This document shows positions 38,480 to 50,994 of a stretch of DNA of 64,000 nucleotides, in pieces. Location: assembly GCA_030141605.1 (NCBI GenBank), contig JAQGDQ010000054.1:248001-312000 (forward strand), written 5' to 3'. The position numbers were made by a program, and so were the translations under genes. How positions within the stretch are numbered: position 1 is the stretch's first letter; each line of letters begins with the position of its first letter. Source of the DNA: Tubiluchus corallicola (taxonomy: Eukaryota > Animalia > Priapulida). The notes beneath the pieces were generated by a model. The model was not told where the DNA came from and made no database searches. It saw only the letters and a list, made by a program, of their open reading frames with translations.

Positions 38480-38990
38480 AAAATGATATCAATATCAAGA
38501 AATGGAAATCCAGGATATGTGAATAACTAGAAAAGCTTAATTGCCGACTTATGGACGATTTTGCTGTGCAAGCACACACACATATATATAGATAGTGCCC
38601 GCCAACGACTTCTTGCGTTCAGAAATGAACCAGACTCGAAACAGGAGTGTATATTGTAGTATAAGCCCCGAGCTGACCAAACCCTCTTTACTTTATGATA
38701 ACAGCATTCTTACCGGACAATACAGGATAATCATTTTAAGATTCAGAATAGGAAACCACCACCTACGAATTGAGACTGGCAGGTGGAGCAGGACCAGACG
38801 GGAAAAATGGAATATGTCAATTTTGTGATTAGAATGTTGTTCAAACCCTTACTCATACAGTCGTAAAATGTCCCAAAACTAAATATCCTGACTATGTTGA
38901 ACATATCAATTCTTTTATGACACAATTTACTGTAAACAAAGCCGAATATTTGTACAAACTTGGTGAAGTCTGTGGAAATAATGATCTTTA
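38480..38990 (+). mobile_element. Non-LTR retrotransposon ORF2 C-terminal fragment
   Basis: ILRFRIGNHHLRIETGRWSRTRRE, then frameshifted CQFCD...THTVVKCPK (RT-associated Zn knuckle). Confidence 0.75.
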
Positions 38991-39163
38991 ATTAATTTCC
39001 AACTTTTGTAAATATTCACGATTGCAATTAATATCACACTAAAATTATATTTCATGTAATGATGCGTCTCGCTTGTCACTGGACAAATTGTTTTATATGT
39101 TATGTTTTTGGTATTTTACTTGGGTGTAGAAAATGCTGAATTGGTCAATAAATTATATATCAA

Positions 39164-39321
39164 CTGAACATGTGACTGTCCTGTCATGTACCTACGTAAA
39201 TTATAACTTTATGTAACTATGTGTTACTATGTAATGTCGCGTAATATATATATATATGTAACACGTATTATTATAAAGTTCAAATTAACATAGGTACATG
39301 ACAGGACAGTAACTTGTTCAG
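39164..39321. mobile_element. Fold-back MITE-like palindrome
   Basis: ctgaacatgtgactgtcctgtcatgtaccta ... taggtacatgacaggacagtaacttgttcag. Confidence 0.7.
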
Positions 39322-41177
39322 AAAAAGTACGATATTGTAAATATTACATAGTGTTACACTTGCACATGCACACGCAGGGTTTTTAAACTCATTTAAAACC
39401 GTTTTACTTGCAAACGAATTTTGTGCATTTTTCCCTTTGTTTACCAATTGTAGGTACAGAAAACAAAGTACACTGTTAAGAATACTGCAATCTATAGTAC
39501 GCAGCCGATTTAGTGTACCTGTAAATGATAAATAACGTCATTACAAATAACCTACATGTTATTTTTGATCTAGACCATCGTAGATAGTATCAGTTTTAGT
39601 GTTTTGTTTAGCACGCTTGTCTATTGGTCTTGATCACATAATCCTAATTTTTCTCTGTTTTTATAATAGCAGTTTTGCTCAAAAATTAGCAGCAGCATCA
39701 GTATCAGCAGCAGTAGTTCAAAGCAACATAAAGTAGCTTCTTTTCAAAAAAAAATTCAGCACAGTTCGACAAGTTTGTGCTTCTGTGGTTACTTCTTTTG
39801 GACATTTACTAACGTGCATTTCTGCATGGGTTGCTCCACAGTCACACAATGCGCTCTTTTGGTTCCCGTTTCCACTGGCTAGTCTCTATCTCTGATTGCG
39901 AACGAAGCCTCGCAAAACCAATACTATGTCGCTCCGACTGGTATCGTGGGAGTATTTAAATAAAATGTGCGTTATTCGCTAACAATATTAATAAAATCTG
40001 CCAAAAAACGTATCCCACACATAAACCCCCTTAAACGAAATGCCATCATTGCTCAAATAATACCGGGTATCGCGTTTTGTTCTCGCTACGACATTATGAC
40101 ACCGCGTCACTATAAAAGACGATTAGAGGAAAAAAACAAAAGCAAGCTAAATAATATTTTCTATGTTTGCGTTTTTGCTTGCAAAATCGTTACTGACAAG
40201 AATGAGCTCATTTACTATGCCATGTTTGCATGAGACAGAATTTATAAATCGCAAAAGCCGTGACGACAGCGTTTTACTGATGCATTACGATTCCTACTTG
40301 AGGCAAAAAGGGAAAACCTTTTACACGGGAAATGAGAACCTAATGAAATTTGTCATCGCTTCAACAATTTTGTTGTTCGTTCGCGAACAAAAGCAAACCA
40401 TGAAAACACAATTTTGCTCTTTACGGGTTTTTCATTATTTACAGGTCGGCAGTTTATCCTAAGTGTTTGTTATGTTTGTTTGCGAATTCTTGCACGTGAC
40501 ACCTCGAGGAATGCATCGCCACACGTTGTTCCCACGCACGTAAAATTGCGTTGCGTCTTGAAGTTAAACGCCTCATTGGATGTGCATAAAATAAAATGTT
40601 AGTTTAGCTCATCGTGATACATATAGATTTGTGATTCAGATAATGTAACTTGTTTTTAATTGTTTAATTTAATCATCCTCAGATGTTTTTCATGTGTCTG
40701 TTCTTTACAAAGCATGGTTTCAAGAAGGTCCTGGGCGGTTTTTCCACGTGTATAATTTCTATTTTCCCCTTTTCTCCTAATTTCCCAGTCTTTCCTTTTC
40801 TCTTTCTGCTCCTCCTTTTCCTCGGCTTTCCCGTCCCACCTTCTCTATTTCCTACTTTTTCTGGCTCCTGTTTCCTCTGCGAAAACTTGGTTTTATAATG
40901 AGGGGATGATTTACGATAATGATGAAGGTGGTCATAATAGTGGTGACGACGAACATGATGATAGTCATAGCTGTGGCTGTGACGACGATGACAATGATTA
41001 TAGTATATAGGCTCAGTTCAGCATGTCGTGTATCAGATAACCTTATTTTCTACACATGATGGCTACAACCATTTCAAAAACATTCGTAGTAGGCTCATAT
41101 TAATTAGCTAAAGAATCGTGCAGGTAGAAAAGCTGTTATTACTCTCAGAAGAATAACTTGCTGTACAATGATAACAC

Positions 41178-41445
<268 letters not shown>

Positions 41446-42414
41446 ATCACTTCGATGGACTCATAATTATAATACAAATAAACTAATTTGATTAAACGCT
41501 TCCTGTGTGTGTTCGAAAGATGCCGCTTTAATTATTTCTAATTATAAATGTTGTTACTTGATATGTTTTAACCACGGAATGTAATGTGATATTTCCAAAA
41601 AATGTATGTTAAATCCATCTCTCTGAATAAAATGGAGCGTATTAAAATGCTGACGTTAACGCAGCTTCTCAAACGAGAGAAATTTTCCTGTGGCGGCGTT
41701 TGTACAGCGTTGCAGAATTAAATTACGGGAAGTAACACAGATATGTTACCAGCAAGTGGCTACAACGTAAATTATGAAATAGACAATTTGATTTGGATTA
41801 AAGGAAAACTGGATGATTGTTCATGTTCTACTCCATTTTGGTAGGATAAAAGTGTATATTTTAAGACCTATAGTAATGCCAAAGCGTTTCCGATAATTAA
41901 ATAATAGGTTAAAAACTTAAATAAAGGCCGGTGAGCCCGCTAGTGATGACGTTACAACTGAACATAATTTTCAACAGCACAAACATTCCAGTAGCTTATT
42001 GTACGTGTTTATGAAAGCGAAAAATGAAATGCAGTTGCTACTGTACAATGCGAAAAGCTCGACAAATTTTAAGTTTAAAATTCAAATTTTAGCTTAACCG
42101 CTGTGCTCATGCAAGAGTTCTCGAACGTATGTGCTACGTCACAACTGAACATCTCTGAACTGAGAGCACCTATTTTGTGCACGCGTTTCTGAGATACAGG
42201 CGTTATTGTCAGTCTAGCTAGCGAATAGTGAAATGCTTGTAACAGCGAAGAACCAGCTTCCTTTTAAATAAAAAACCCACGGTAAAGAATGAAAAGACAC
42301 CGAGGACAATCGTCAGGTGAAAAAAAAGAAAAACAATTATTTTTATTAAGTATTCTTTATTTTGCAATGTAAACACATTCACTGATAACTATAGAAAATG
42401 CCACACTTCGTGGA

Positions 42415-42615
42415 GATTCATGACTGAGTGAATAGGTGCGCACGCTTTCGTGTGAGTGGCGTATGGCTGGGTTCAATACTCGCTTTGGTAGGTAACATTC
42501 GTTAGTCTTGGCTGTTTACCTCGTTGAAGCAAAACGTGTATACATCCTAACGTGACTGAGACACCTCTGCTGGTTCAGTGGCTTATCTTAAAGGTATATC
42601 CTTGATAATAAGCCA
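42415..42615 (+). mobile_element. tRNA-derived SINE-like repeat copy
   Basis: A-box-like atgactgagtga and B-box-like ggttcaatact; body matches the inverted copies at 8310-8452 and ~8680-8730. Confidence 0.6.
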
Positions 42616-42754
42616 GGATCTGATAGCACATCTCGTTCAATAGACCCTGTCTTGAGTGCTGGATTATGGCTGACAGTATTATAAAAAAACACGCGTAAGA
42701 ACCTAATCCCAGAGAAAGCGCAGTCTACAGAAAATAAAAATCACAAAAGAAAAA

Positions 42755-43132
42755 GGCGGTAAAGAGGGGTTGTGGTAGTGTTGTTACTGTTACTTATTAG
42801 GCGCAAATTAAACAAAACAACACACTTCTGATGAACAAAAGGAGCTGGACATTGAAAGATGAATAGGTAACTCGGGCAGTGAGTACGTATAGCAAAAAAA
42901 TAATGTTATTTTTCGCACAGACTTTGTACTAGCGTTTTGACTAGCGAGTTTTCTGTCACATAGCTACGAAGGCGTATTAGGGCCATTATACAATCAGTTG
43001 GCAAAAAATTGGTTGTAACTAGATTATTTTATAATCGGATATCATGGTCCTGATACGCTTTCGAAGACAGCAAACTTTGCGAGTTAACGCAAATTATTGC
43101 AAACTGTCTCCGACAGTTGCTGCGAGTTACTG
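42755..43132 (-). repeat. Right arm of a long inverted repeat (partner 29401-29757)
   Basis: Collinear reverse-complement match, with an extra ~80-bp insertion near 42890-42970. Confidence 0.9.
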
Positions 43133-43540
43133 TCTAGTGTGAACGCCTCGGTGAGTTACTCTCGACACTTCTCGCAGTAAATGTAGAAGTGAGTGTCAGC
43201 TCGCATTCACTATCAGATAGTATCTCGCAGCAAGTTTTGCCCTGCAGGGTAAAAACACCTGCGATAATAAACTCACAATAGCACTGAGATCAGGCAAGCA
43301 TGAAAGATTACTTTCTATTGTTGTCATTATGAATTATTTCCTTGTTAAATTTGACTTGGTGTCCTTATAATCAAGATTCTGAACGAGGTTATCTAAAAAA
43401 TAGTACATTCCCTTTCACTATTTTACAGGCTAGATTGTTTGCAGCTATGGTTTAAGACTGGGTCCGGTTTTCCTTTAGTCTTTATATTTTTTTGACTTCG
43501 AGTATAAAATTTTAACAACAAGCTTTATCGTTTGTTCCAG

Positions 43541-43687
43541 TGTACGTATTTCTTGGTGACGTTAGCGCCTTGGTGGATACCATGACAGAAATGCACTTAC
43601 GAGGTTTGTTACAAACAGGAGAATACGTCTTTATATTCGTGGATTTTGAAACTTATGATCCGGCTGACAGAACCAAATATTTTCTCC
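43541..43687 (+). CDS. Receptor guanylyl cyclase coding exon 3 (absent from the ORF track)
   Basis: Acceptor tttgttccag|TG completes GTG; VYVFLGDVSALVDTMTEMHLRGLLQTGEYVFIFVDFETYDPADRTKYFL; donor C|GTGAGT; 147 nt, phase 1-1. Confidence 0.92.
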
Positions 43688-43723
43688 GTGAGTACATGCC
43701 TTAGGACTTAGTTTACATTTACT

Positions 43724-43855
43724 GATGATGATGATGATGATGATGAGATGATGATGATGATGATGATGAGATGATGATGATGATGATGGGTGATGATGAT
43801 GATGATAATGACGATGATGATAATGGCTACGACAACGACGATGACGATGATGACG
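43724..43855. repeat. (GAT)n microsatellite just after exon 3
   Basis: Read directly. Confidence 0.95.
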
Positions 43856-44659
43856 CGATAATGGCGATTATTTACTCCTCTTTTTGCAGGAGAAAATAGA
43901 TAAATAATGTTCTTACATTGTTTAGGGATACTTCATACATTTATACGTTTTAAGACACACTAATCTAAGTGGCTACAACACTGATCTTATGTTTACTGAA
44001 TCGCACTCAAAAGCCTACTTTCCACAAGATTAACACTCGACTACTTTAAAAGAGCATTTTAATTTCCTTTGAAAATTACGAAGCCCTTAAGGCTTACGAG
44101 TCGCAGCCTCGCAGTCATTTTTACTCAGTTTGCACTCAGGTTTATATAGCTGACTTGATCTGCGCAATCTGTCTGGTTAATACTAAGCGGCCAAGTGGAT
44201 CGCAAAGTTATCTAAAATTTATAAAGAGTAATGTTGTTATGCTTTTTTATGTGCAAGTATCAACACATGTGAACCTATAAGTGGTATATATGGATGTTGG
44301 TCTAAAACTCGACACGAATGATGCACCAAACAGCAATATTTTACTACTATTTAATATTATGATCGCATTGTGAGATGCTGTCCTACTGCAATATGTCAAT
44401 GCTGAGATCATGATATTGACAGTAACAAAAAGTGCTGTTTGCTGCATCACTAATTTTTAATTTTTTATGAAACTGAGATTCCTATCTCCAAAGATTGTTT
44501 CTAACGGTATAGGATGCGTAGTAATAAAACTGCGGATCTAATTAGGTTCAAATGACTCACATAACCAATAGTGAGCAAATGTCTCAATTATATTTAATTC
44601 AGTTAATGTCGCTTCGTTATAGTTATATCAAGATGCTTGCATACAATCTTTGTTTTCAG

Positions 44660-44859
44660 GCTCAGATCAGAGGGTTGAGACGTTAGCAAACTCTACCATG
44701 CTTCAAGCATCGAGGTCACTCCTTGTGATCGCTGCAACGCCACCAACTGTACAAGCTGCTTACGAAAATTTCACACAAACTGTCAAACATTACAACGTCC
44801 GACCGCCATTTAACTTTCAGTACCAATCACTCAGAATTCTGGGTAATAGATTCATGAAG
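44660..44859 (+). CDS. Receptor guanylyl cyclase coding exon 4
   Basis: Acceptor tgttttcag|GC; RSDQRVETLANSTMLQASRSLLVIAATPP...YENFTQTVKHYNVRPPFNF...RFMK; donor AAG|GTGAGC; 200 nt, phase 1-0. Confidence 0.9.
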
Positions 44860-44956
44860 GTGAGCAAACATTTTCTTATATCAGAGGTTGCTAAAACATT
44901 AATTTCACAACGAAATGAATTTGGAACGAGTTTACAATTCCCCACACAATTTATGT

Positions 44957-45023
44957 ACCCTAACCCTAAACCTAATTCTAGCCCTAACCCTAACACCAAC
45001 CCTAACCCTAACACCAACACCAA
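44957..45023. repeat. Degenerate (CCTAAC)n tract
   Basis: accctaaccctaaacctaattctagccctaaccctaacaccaaccctaaccctaacacc. Confidence 0.8.
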
Positions 45024-46985
45024 CATTTGACAAACATATCGTTCATTGTTCGCCATAAATTGAAAAACAATACAACAACAACTATAACAAATAAAAATAA
45101 ACAAGTAAATAACAAACAAAGAATAAATATAACAAATGCAGTAAGAAACCTGCAAATAACAAATAACAAAACTTGCAAATTTACTGAAAAAAAGAGGACA
45201 TTATAACGACTCAGTTTGTCTCTATTTACAATAACAAAAATTTAATGATCGAAATTCGAAGGGCGTTGCCGGCCATGCTTTCTCAACTCCGTTTGCCTCT
45301 GATGGATTCTGTACTAATAATGAGGTTCTTGCAGCACGTTGGCAACGTCAACCGCATTACCAAAAAGTGGGGGGCTTGTCCTGAGGACCTAAGCTTTGCT
45401 CAGGACGGCTAGAGGGTTTGGTGTTAAATAGGAAATCTTCGTGCCACGGGACTTTCATTTGAATGACAGGAGAAGTGTACGGATTGATATACTCCAGGTC
45501 AGCATCTTTTTTATTATAGTTACATCAGGCTCCTCGATATTTTCGACATCAGTGCTGCAAGCACAGGGTAAATAGTCAACATCTTCCCATCGTGACATGT
45601 GGTGGGATCGTATCGCAGATTTGATCAGGTCACACGCCTTGACTTTTACTCTCCTTAAGAAGTTTGCTCGAATAGCCCGCAGTTGGTTGTCTTTAACGTT
45701 TTCAATTGGCCCAAGTCCTTCTGTGATTACTTCAACCATCCTGACTCTTACCCTTTTGAAATGCTTACGAATTGTCCGCACTGGAACTTCTTCTTGCACT
45801 TCAAATGGAGCAACTTCGTTGCTCTTGATATGTCTTTTAAAACGATCTACAGCCTCCTTAACTGCTTGAAAAGACTATGATAACGCAAAATAACGGCTGA
45901 GAAAGAAATCTGGTAAAAAGGATAATTATTCTGTACGTCTATCATATCACCGTCCAGAAATGTAAGTGAAGCTGTAACTAAGTTACAAGTATACGTAAAT
46001 AATAAGTATGACAAGAGTTGTTTCTATGTCGTACATTATACAGTAGTAACAACAATGTAAACGCATTACGTAATATAAACAAATGCAGACATAGCCCGGT
46101 ACATCGTAAAAATATTGGTAATAGGTATGTGTGGAGATTGCCCCGTCTAAGTTATTTCTATATATTTAAATGAATGAACTGTCTTGAACAAAGTAATTAA
46201 GCCTTGTGATTCATGTATCATTTAGACTTAAATTCCGAGCAAAGGAGAAGCCGTGTAGCCCTGTGCGACATATAATTGTCTTTGTTGAATTTTTTATAGA
46301 ATATATGTATACTCAGGTTTTCCGCCTTACTTTTTTTTTAAAAAATTCTTGTGCAGTTTGAAATAATTGAACATTGCACTATAGTATAAGACATTTTAAC
46401 TCTCCTTCTACAGGTAAGCATCTTGTCATTATTAGATGCGTTTGTATACATTGTAATTTAAAAAAAATAAAATAACATCGTGTGTAGCCTTTCGCAATTT
46501 ATTAATATTATTTTAAAATTTTGGAATACCTGCGGTGTGAATATACCTTATTATTAGATATCATCTGGAATGCATTACAAGCGCTTATTTTGCCAGAGCT
46601 AGAACTTTTAATTAAATACATTGTACTCGATTTTAGAAAGCGACATTTGAACGTTGTTAATATGGTATCTGCAACGAAAGTCCTTTTTTGTTTTGTCATT
46701 GGTGAATCTCCAAATTTATGTATCTGATATGTAAAAGCATTTTTATAGAGATTTTAAATATTTTTGAGTACACTAATTATTTGATTTTGAAACTAGTCTG
46801 AGAAAAGACTAGACTTAGGCATGCTGACTTAAAAGGCGTCTTATGTACGCTCTCTAAAGTCAGGAACTAGTATGAAAACGTAACGCAGTTTAAAATTCTG
46901 CTTAAATTACAAATATGGCATGTAAAGCACTAAAATAAGTAAAAAAACTGAAAATTTTCGATTGCCTACGGATCGCGATGCTCTA

Positions 46986-47051
46986 AGTTACATTTATCTT
47001 CTGCCTAATCTAGTGTCCAGTTACATTTATCTTCTGCCTAATCTAGTGTCC
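46986..47051. repeat. Perfect 33-bp tandem duplication
   Basis: agttacatttatcttctgcctaatctagtgtcc x2. Confidence 0.9.
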
Positions 47052-48249
47052 AAATTTTTGGCAAATTCCAAACACCAAGTTAAATAGCTAGCTTTAATAA
47101 CAAAAATATTGACTAATTAAAGCCCTGATGGAATTGTTAACACAGACACCCAACACACAGTTTTTTTAACAATCTTTTAAAAAGATTGTTAAAACAACGG
47201 AGAACTGTTGTTTCTATCCACCAAGTAAGACCTTTAAATTACTACACTTAGAAAGACAGTAAAATTCTAACCAACAACCTTTTCATAGTAAGATTGTACT
47301 TATATTTTTGTGTTTGTGTTCACAAACATGTCAACTCACAACATAAATCTATTTTCACCCGAGAGCACTTCTACGCACGCCTGTTTAATAATTAATTTTT
47401 CTATTGGGCTTCCAGACTCGCTGCATATAGATAGCTGTTCACTAGAGAATCCGTCCGAATACGTTGAATAGACTACCTTCTTCTTCCGTCTTCTTTTCCC
47501 TGAGAGCCTAATGTACATAAAAGTTAGCTACACGGGTTTGAAAAGCTACATCGTTTTTGTCGCTTTTGCAAAAGTCTCTTATGATGCCACAATATTTGTT
47601 CATTGTTCAATGTATTCAAGGAAAAAAGCTTCGGTTGTAGATTTGAATGCGCTATGCAGTACTTTGTGTTTGTTTGCACAAAATATATTTTCAGACAGCT
47701 GTTTTATTATATCAATTTTTCCATGAAGCCTCGGCCTAAGATGGATTTAGTTCTTTTCTATTCAAATATTCGTTGTTAATAAAACTTATAAAAGCTACTT
47801 CATTATTGAAAAGGGAAATAATTTATACAAAAGGGAAGTGGTTGCTGCAGTACCATCATTGGTGAAAAATATTGTAGATTATACTATTTTTCAGTTGTGA
47901 CTGAGCGGCTCTGTAGAGTCATTCGGAAGCAAGTAAACCAAAAAATAGAATTACAATAATCACTTTATTTTTATTACTTCATGACACTCATGTTGTGGAA
48001 GGCCTACAATGATTTAGTTTAGAAATGGAATCAGTGTCATATTAAGTCGCGATCTTGTAAAAATTAAAACGTGGCCTTGGGTCGCTAAAACTATTTTACT
48101 TGCCTATACAAATACTATAAAGAGACATTATTAGTGCATTCGTTGAATTAGTTATAATCGCCAAGATAATTACACCATAGACTAGCTTATCAAGTGCACA
48201 AAGAGCACATTAATGATTAACCCAGTTATTTTTTTGCTAACAGGCTTAA

Positions 48250-50994
48250 GAACGCGCCCGCGAGAAGACCATGCAAAATCGAAAAATTCCGGCACAAGGT
48301 TAGGTAAACCGATTCAGACCAAAGTTCGGGTATGAGGTCCACTAGTCACTAGTATTCACTATGTGAATCCGCTTGGCCCAACTCCTCATAGTAGCAGAGG
48401 TACGGCATAGGCCGATATTCATGAAAAAATACCTATTTTTCTCTATTTTTTACTCATATTTGAAGGATTAACCATGCAGCAACCACTGAGTTTGAATAGA
48501 TCTGATTCTGCACAGTATTGGATCTTGTTATCTTCTCCAAAATGACTTTTCGACTTTTGTCCCAAACCCCCCTCTTTCGGCTCTACTGGGGATCTTTAAG
48601 CTCGCGTTACATACAAGATGCAAATACTCAATCATTTCAAAGTCTTATATCTCACCCACTGCGGGGGTGGGGACAAAAATATCGATATGTATGTGAATAG
48701 AGCATCCCATCCCACTATGCTGCAGTGACAATTTCGATGGAGCGAATTTCCACCCTATTGTAAAAGACCCCTGAAAGAGGCATATATCAGGGTGAAAACA
48801 TAGCTAACAACGTTCATCAAAAAGCTTCGTGTAGGTAAATATGAGTTGTCAAACCTTGTCAAAATACTTCAAAACATCATAAATATTCATCTTTGGCAAC
48901 TAGGGGCCTGGCCAGCACATTGGTTAAACTACCGACAGCATTGGACTCCAGCATTCAAGATGGCGGCCACTGCTGAACTAAAATGTTCATTTTCTGGGCT
49001 GTTTAACAGCGTTAAATGTGGTATTGTGACTAGTTATCCGCACGAAACGAATATTGTGAATCTATTAGCCTGTACTAAAGACACTGGACCGCATTAGAGC
49101 GCTTCCAATCTTAAAAAAAGAAATATCTACGGAATGGAAATTGCTTCTTGCAAGGACTGGAAAATGTTTTAAGCACTGTTTATTTTCTATGCTTTGTAAG
49201 TGTTATGTACAGGTTATTACCTAGTTATTGCTCATTGTCTTACATAGGCGTACAAGCCAGGACACAAAGAAAATTGCCCTAAACCTGAGCGAATGCCCAA
49301 AAAATATGGAACAGACTTGATATCATTTGTCCGGTGATTTTTTGACTGTAAAACATCGAAAATTTTTGTGCCATTGGCGCAATCATTCGATCACACTATT
49401 AATATTTTTTGTCAGAAGTATCGATTTTGTGCCACAAATAAATTTTGGGCGAAGAAAAATTTTCTGAGCTAAATATCACCACCATCCCCCTAGAAGCGGC
49501 CCATACGCTTATATTGTGTCATGTTTAGACTGTAAGATTTTCACTTTATCACTTTCCCCATGATATATTTGTCTATATTTCTGTATCTATCTTCTAGTGC
49601 TAATCTACCTGCATCGATAATTCTTTCTCTATTATTTAGATATTATGGTTTTGATTCCTTGTACTACTCTTCAGTGATAGGATTATGCTGCTACAATAGG
49701 AACAGTATTTTGGACTTAGAGAAATTAATTCTGACTGAGTTTTGTAGTTTTTTCATTTTTGTACTGATATTCATAATCTTCTACGTATAGCCATGAAGCT
49801 TATTCATATAAAAAGTATAAAAAATGAACGTATGTATAAAAATTAATGGATTTCTATTTTATATGTATATACCGAATGTTGTCAGATTCTTTCGCTAGCA
49901 ATGACTCTCAATCTTAACAATCGGTACTTCTTTTCTATTAGAGGGCTTATTGTTCAGTCTTTCCTGGTATCCATTAGCGATTCAGTGTGTAGAGAATGCC
50001 CTGAATCAGGGTCGGACTCGGTACTAGGGGCATGCATGATGTCCTGCCCAGAAATCCATCAGAAGAGGCAATTATTCATATTTGTAGTCATATGAAAATT
50101 CCGACATAACTAAACCAATTTAAGATGAAATTCGCAAATTTCTAGCAATTTCCATGGCAAAGGAATCTATTGCTACTAGGAATGGAGAGCACTAGTCACA
50201 GAAAATGCAGGTTAAACGTGGCTAAATGTCTACTGTCATATACGACCTGAGCCAAGTATGTCTACTTTTTACACGGAATTACTATGGAAAGTAAAAAAGT
50301 GTGTTGATATGGCAATTTTTTCTAACAGTGCCCCCCTATATAATGTCATTCATGATAGTATCTCAGCTCATGCGTTTTCATGAAATTTAGAATACAGATT
50401 CGTCACTTATAATCCAGCATATAGATAGAAAAAATATTGAAAAACTACAAAAAAGGCGAATTTTGCTGATTTTTGTGAAATTTTAAAGTGCCAGTACTAA
50501 ATACTGAAACAGGCTCCAGCAAATTTTCTTTTTTATATTATTAGTGAGGATGATGGTTAACACATACATGAAAACCAGAAGTTCTGTAACCCCGCAGTGG
50601 GCGAGTTATGAGCCTTACAACTTAACCGCTCCCTGGACTCTTAACAAAGAGCCGAATTTGAAAAATCCCGTTCTCTGATACTATTAATAGTATGTCAGAA
50701 AAAGTTAGGATATCAGAAGACAATGTCTGGGTCTATGTACCAGCCAACTTACATCGACCCATCTATAATAGTTTATATAGGAGAAAAAGTTAAAATAACC
50801 CCCAAAATAGAGATTTTTTGCCTCTTTTGAGGTCAATTTCTTGATGTGGTCATTTCTCTGCTAATAGTACCTCGATCGATTTGATATCCTGGTTACATGG
50901 TTTTGGGGGGTCGCCATTCATGTTAGAAAAAAATGATATAATTTCGTCACCCCTCATGTGCCACCCTCTGCATGGTGCTCTCGCGGACTCGTTC
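48250..50994. mobile_element. ~2.7-kb putative non-autonomous element bounded by inverted repeats
   Basis: gaacgcgcccgcgagaagaccatgca (48250-48275) matches the reverse complement of 50969-50994 at 22/26. An inner inverted pair tctcacccactgcgggg (~48650) / ccccgcagtgggcgag (~50590) is also present. Confidence 0.6.

Noticed and set aside
42415-42490. Functional tRNA gene
   Set aside because: Only degenerate A/B boxes, no cloverleaf; it continues into a repeated SINE body.
44957-45023. True telomere or chromosome-fusion scar
   Set aside because: Short, degenerate, one orientation only and also present at 37554; better explained as repeat-borne.
46414-46461. Duplicated, mutually exclusive version of exon 5 (VSILSLLDAFVY vs VSVYASYLYDAVLLY)
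   Set aside because: The resemblance is too short and a stop follows within 16 codons.
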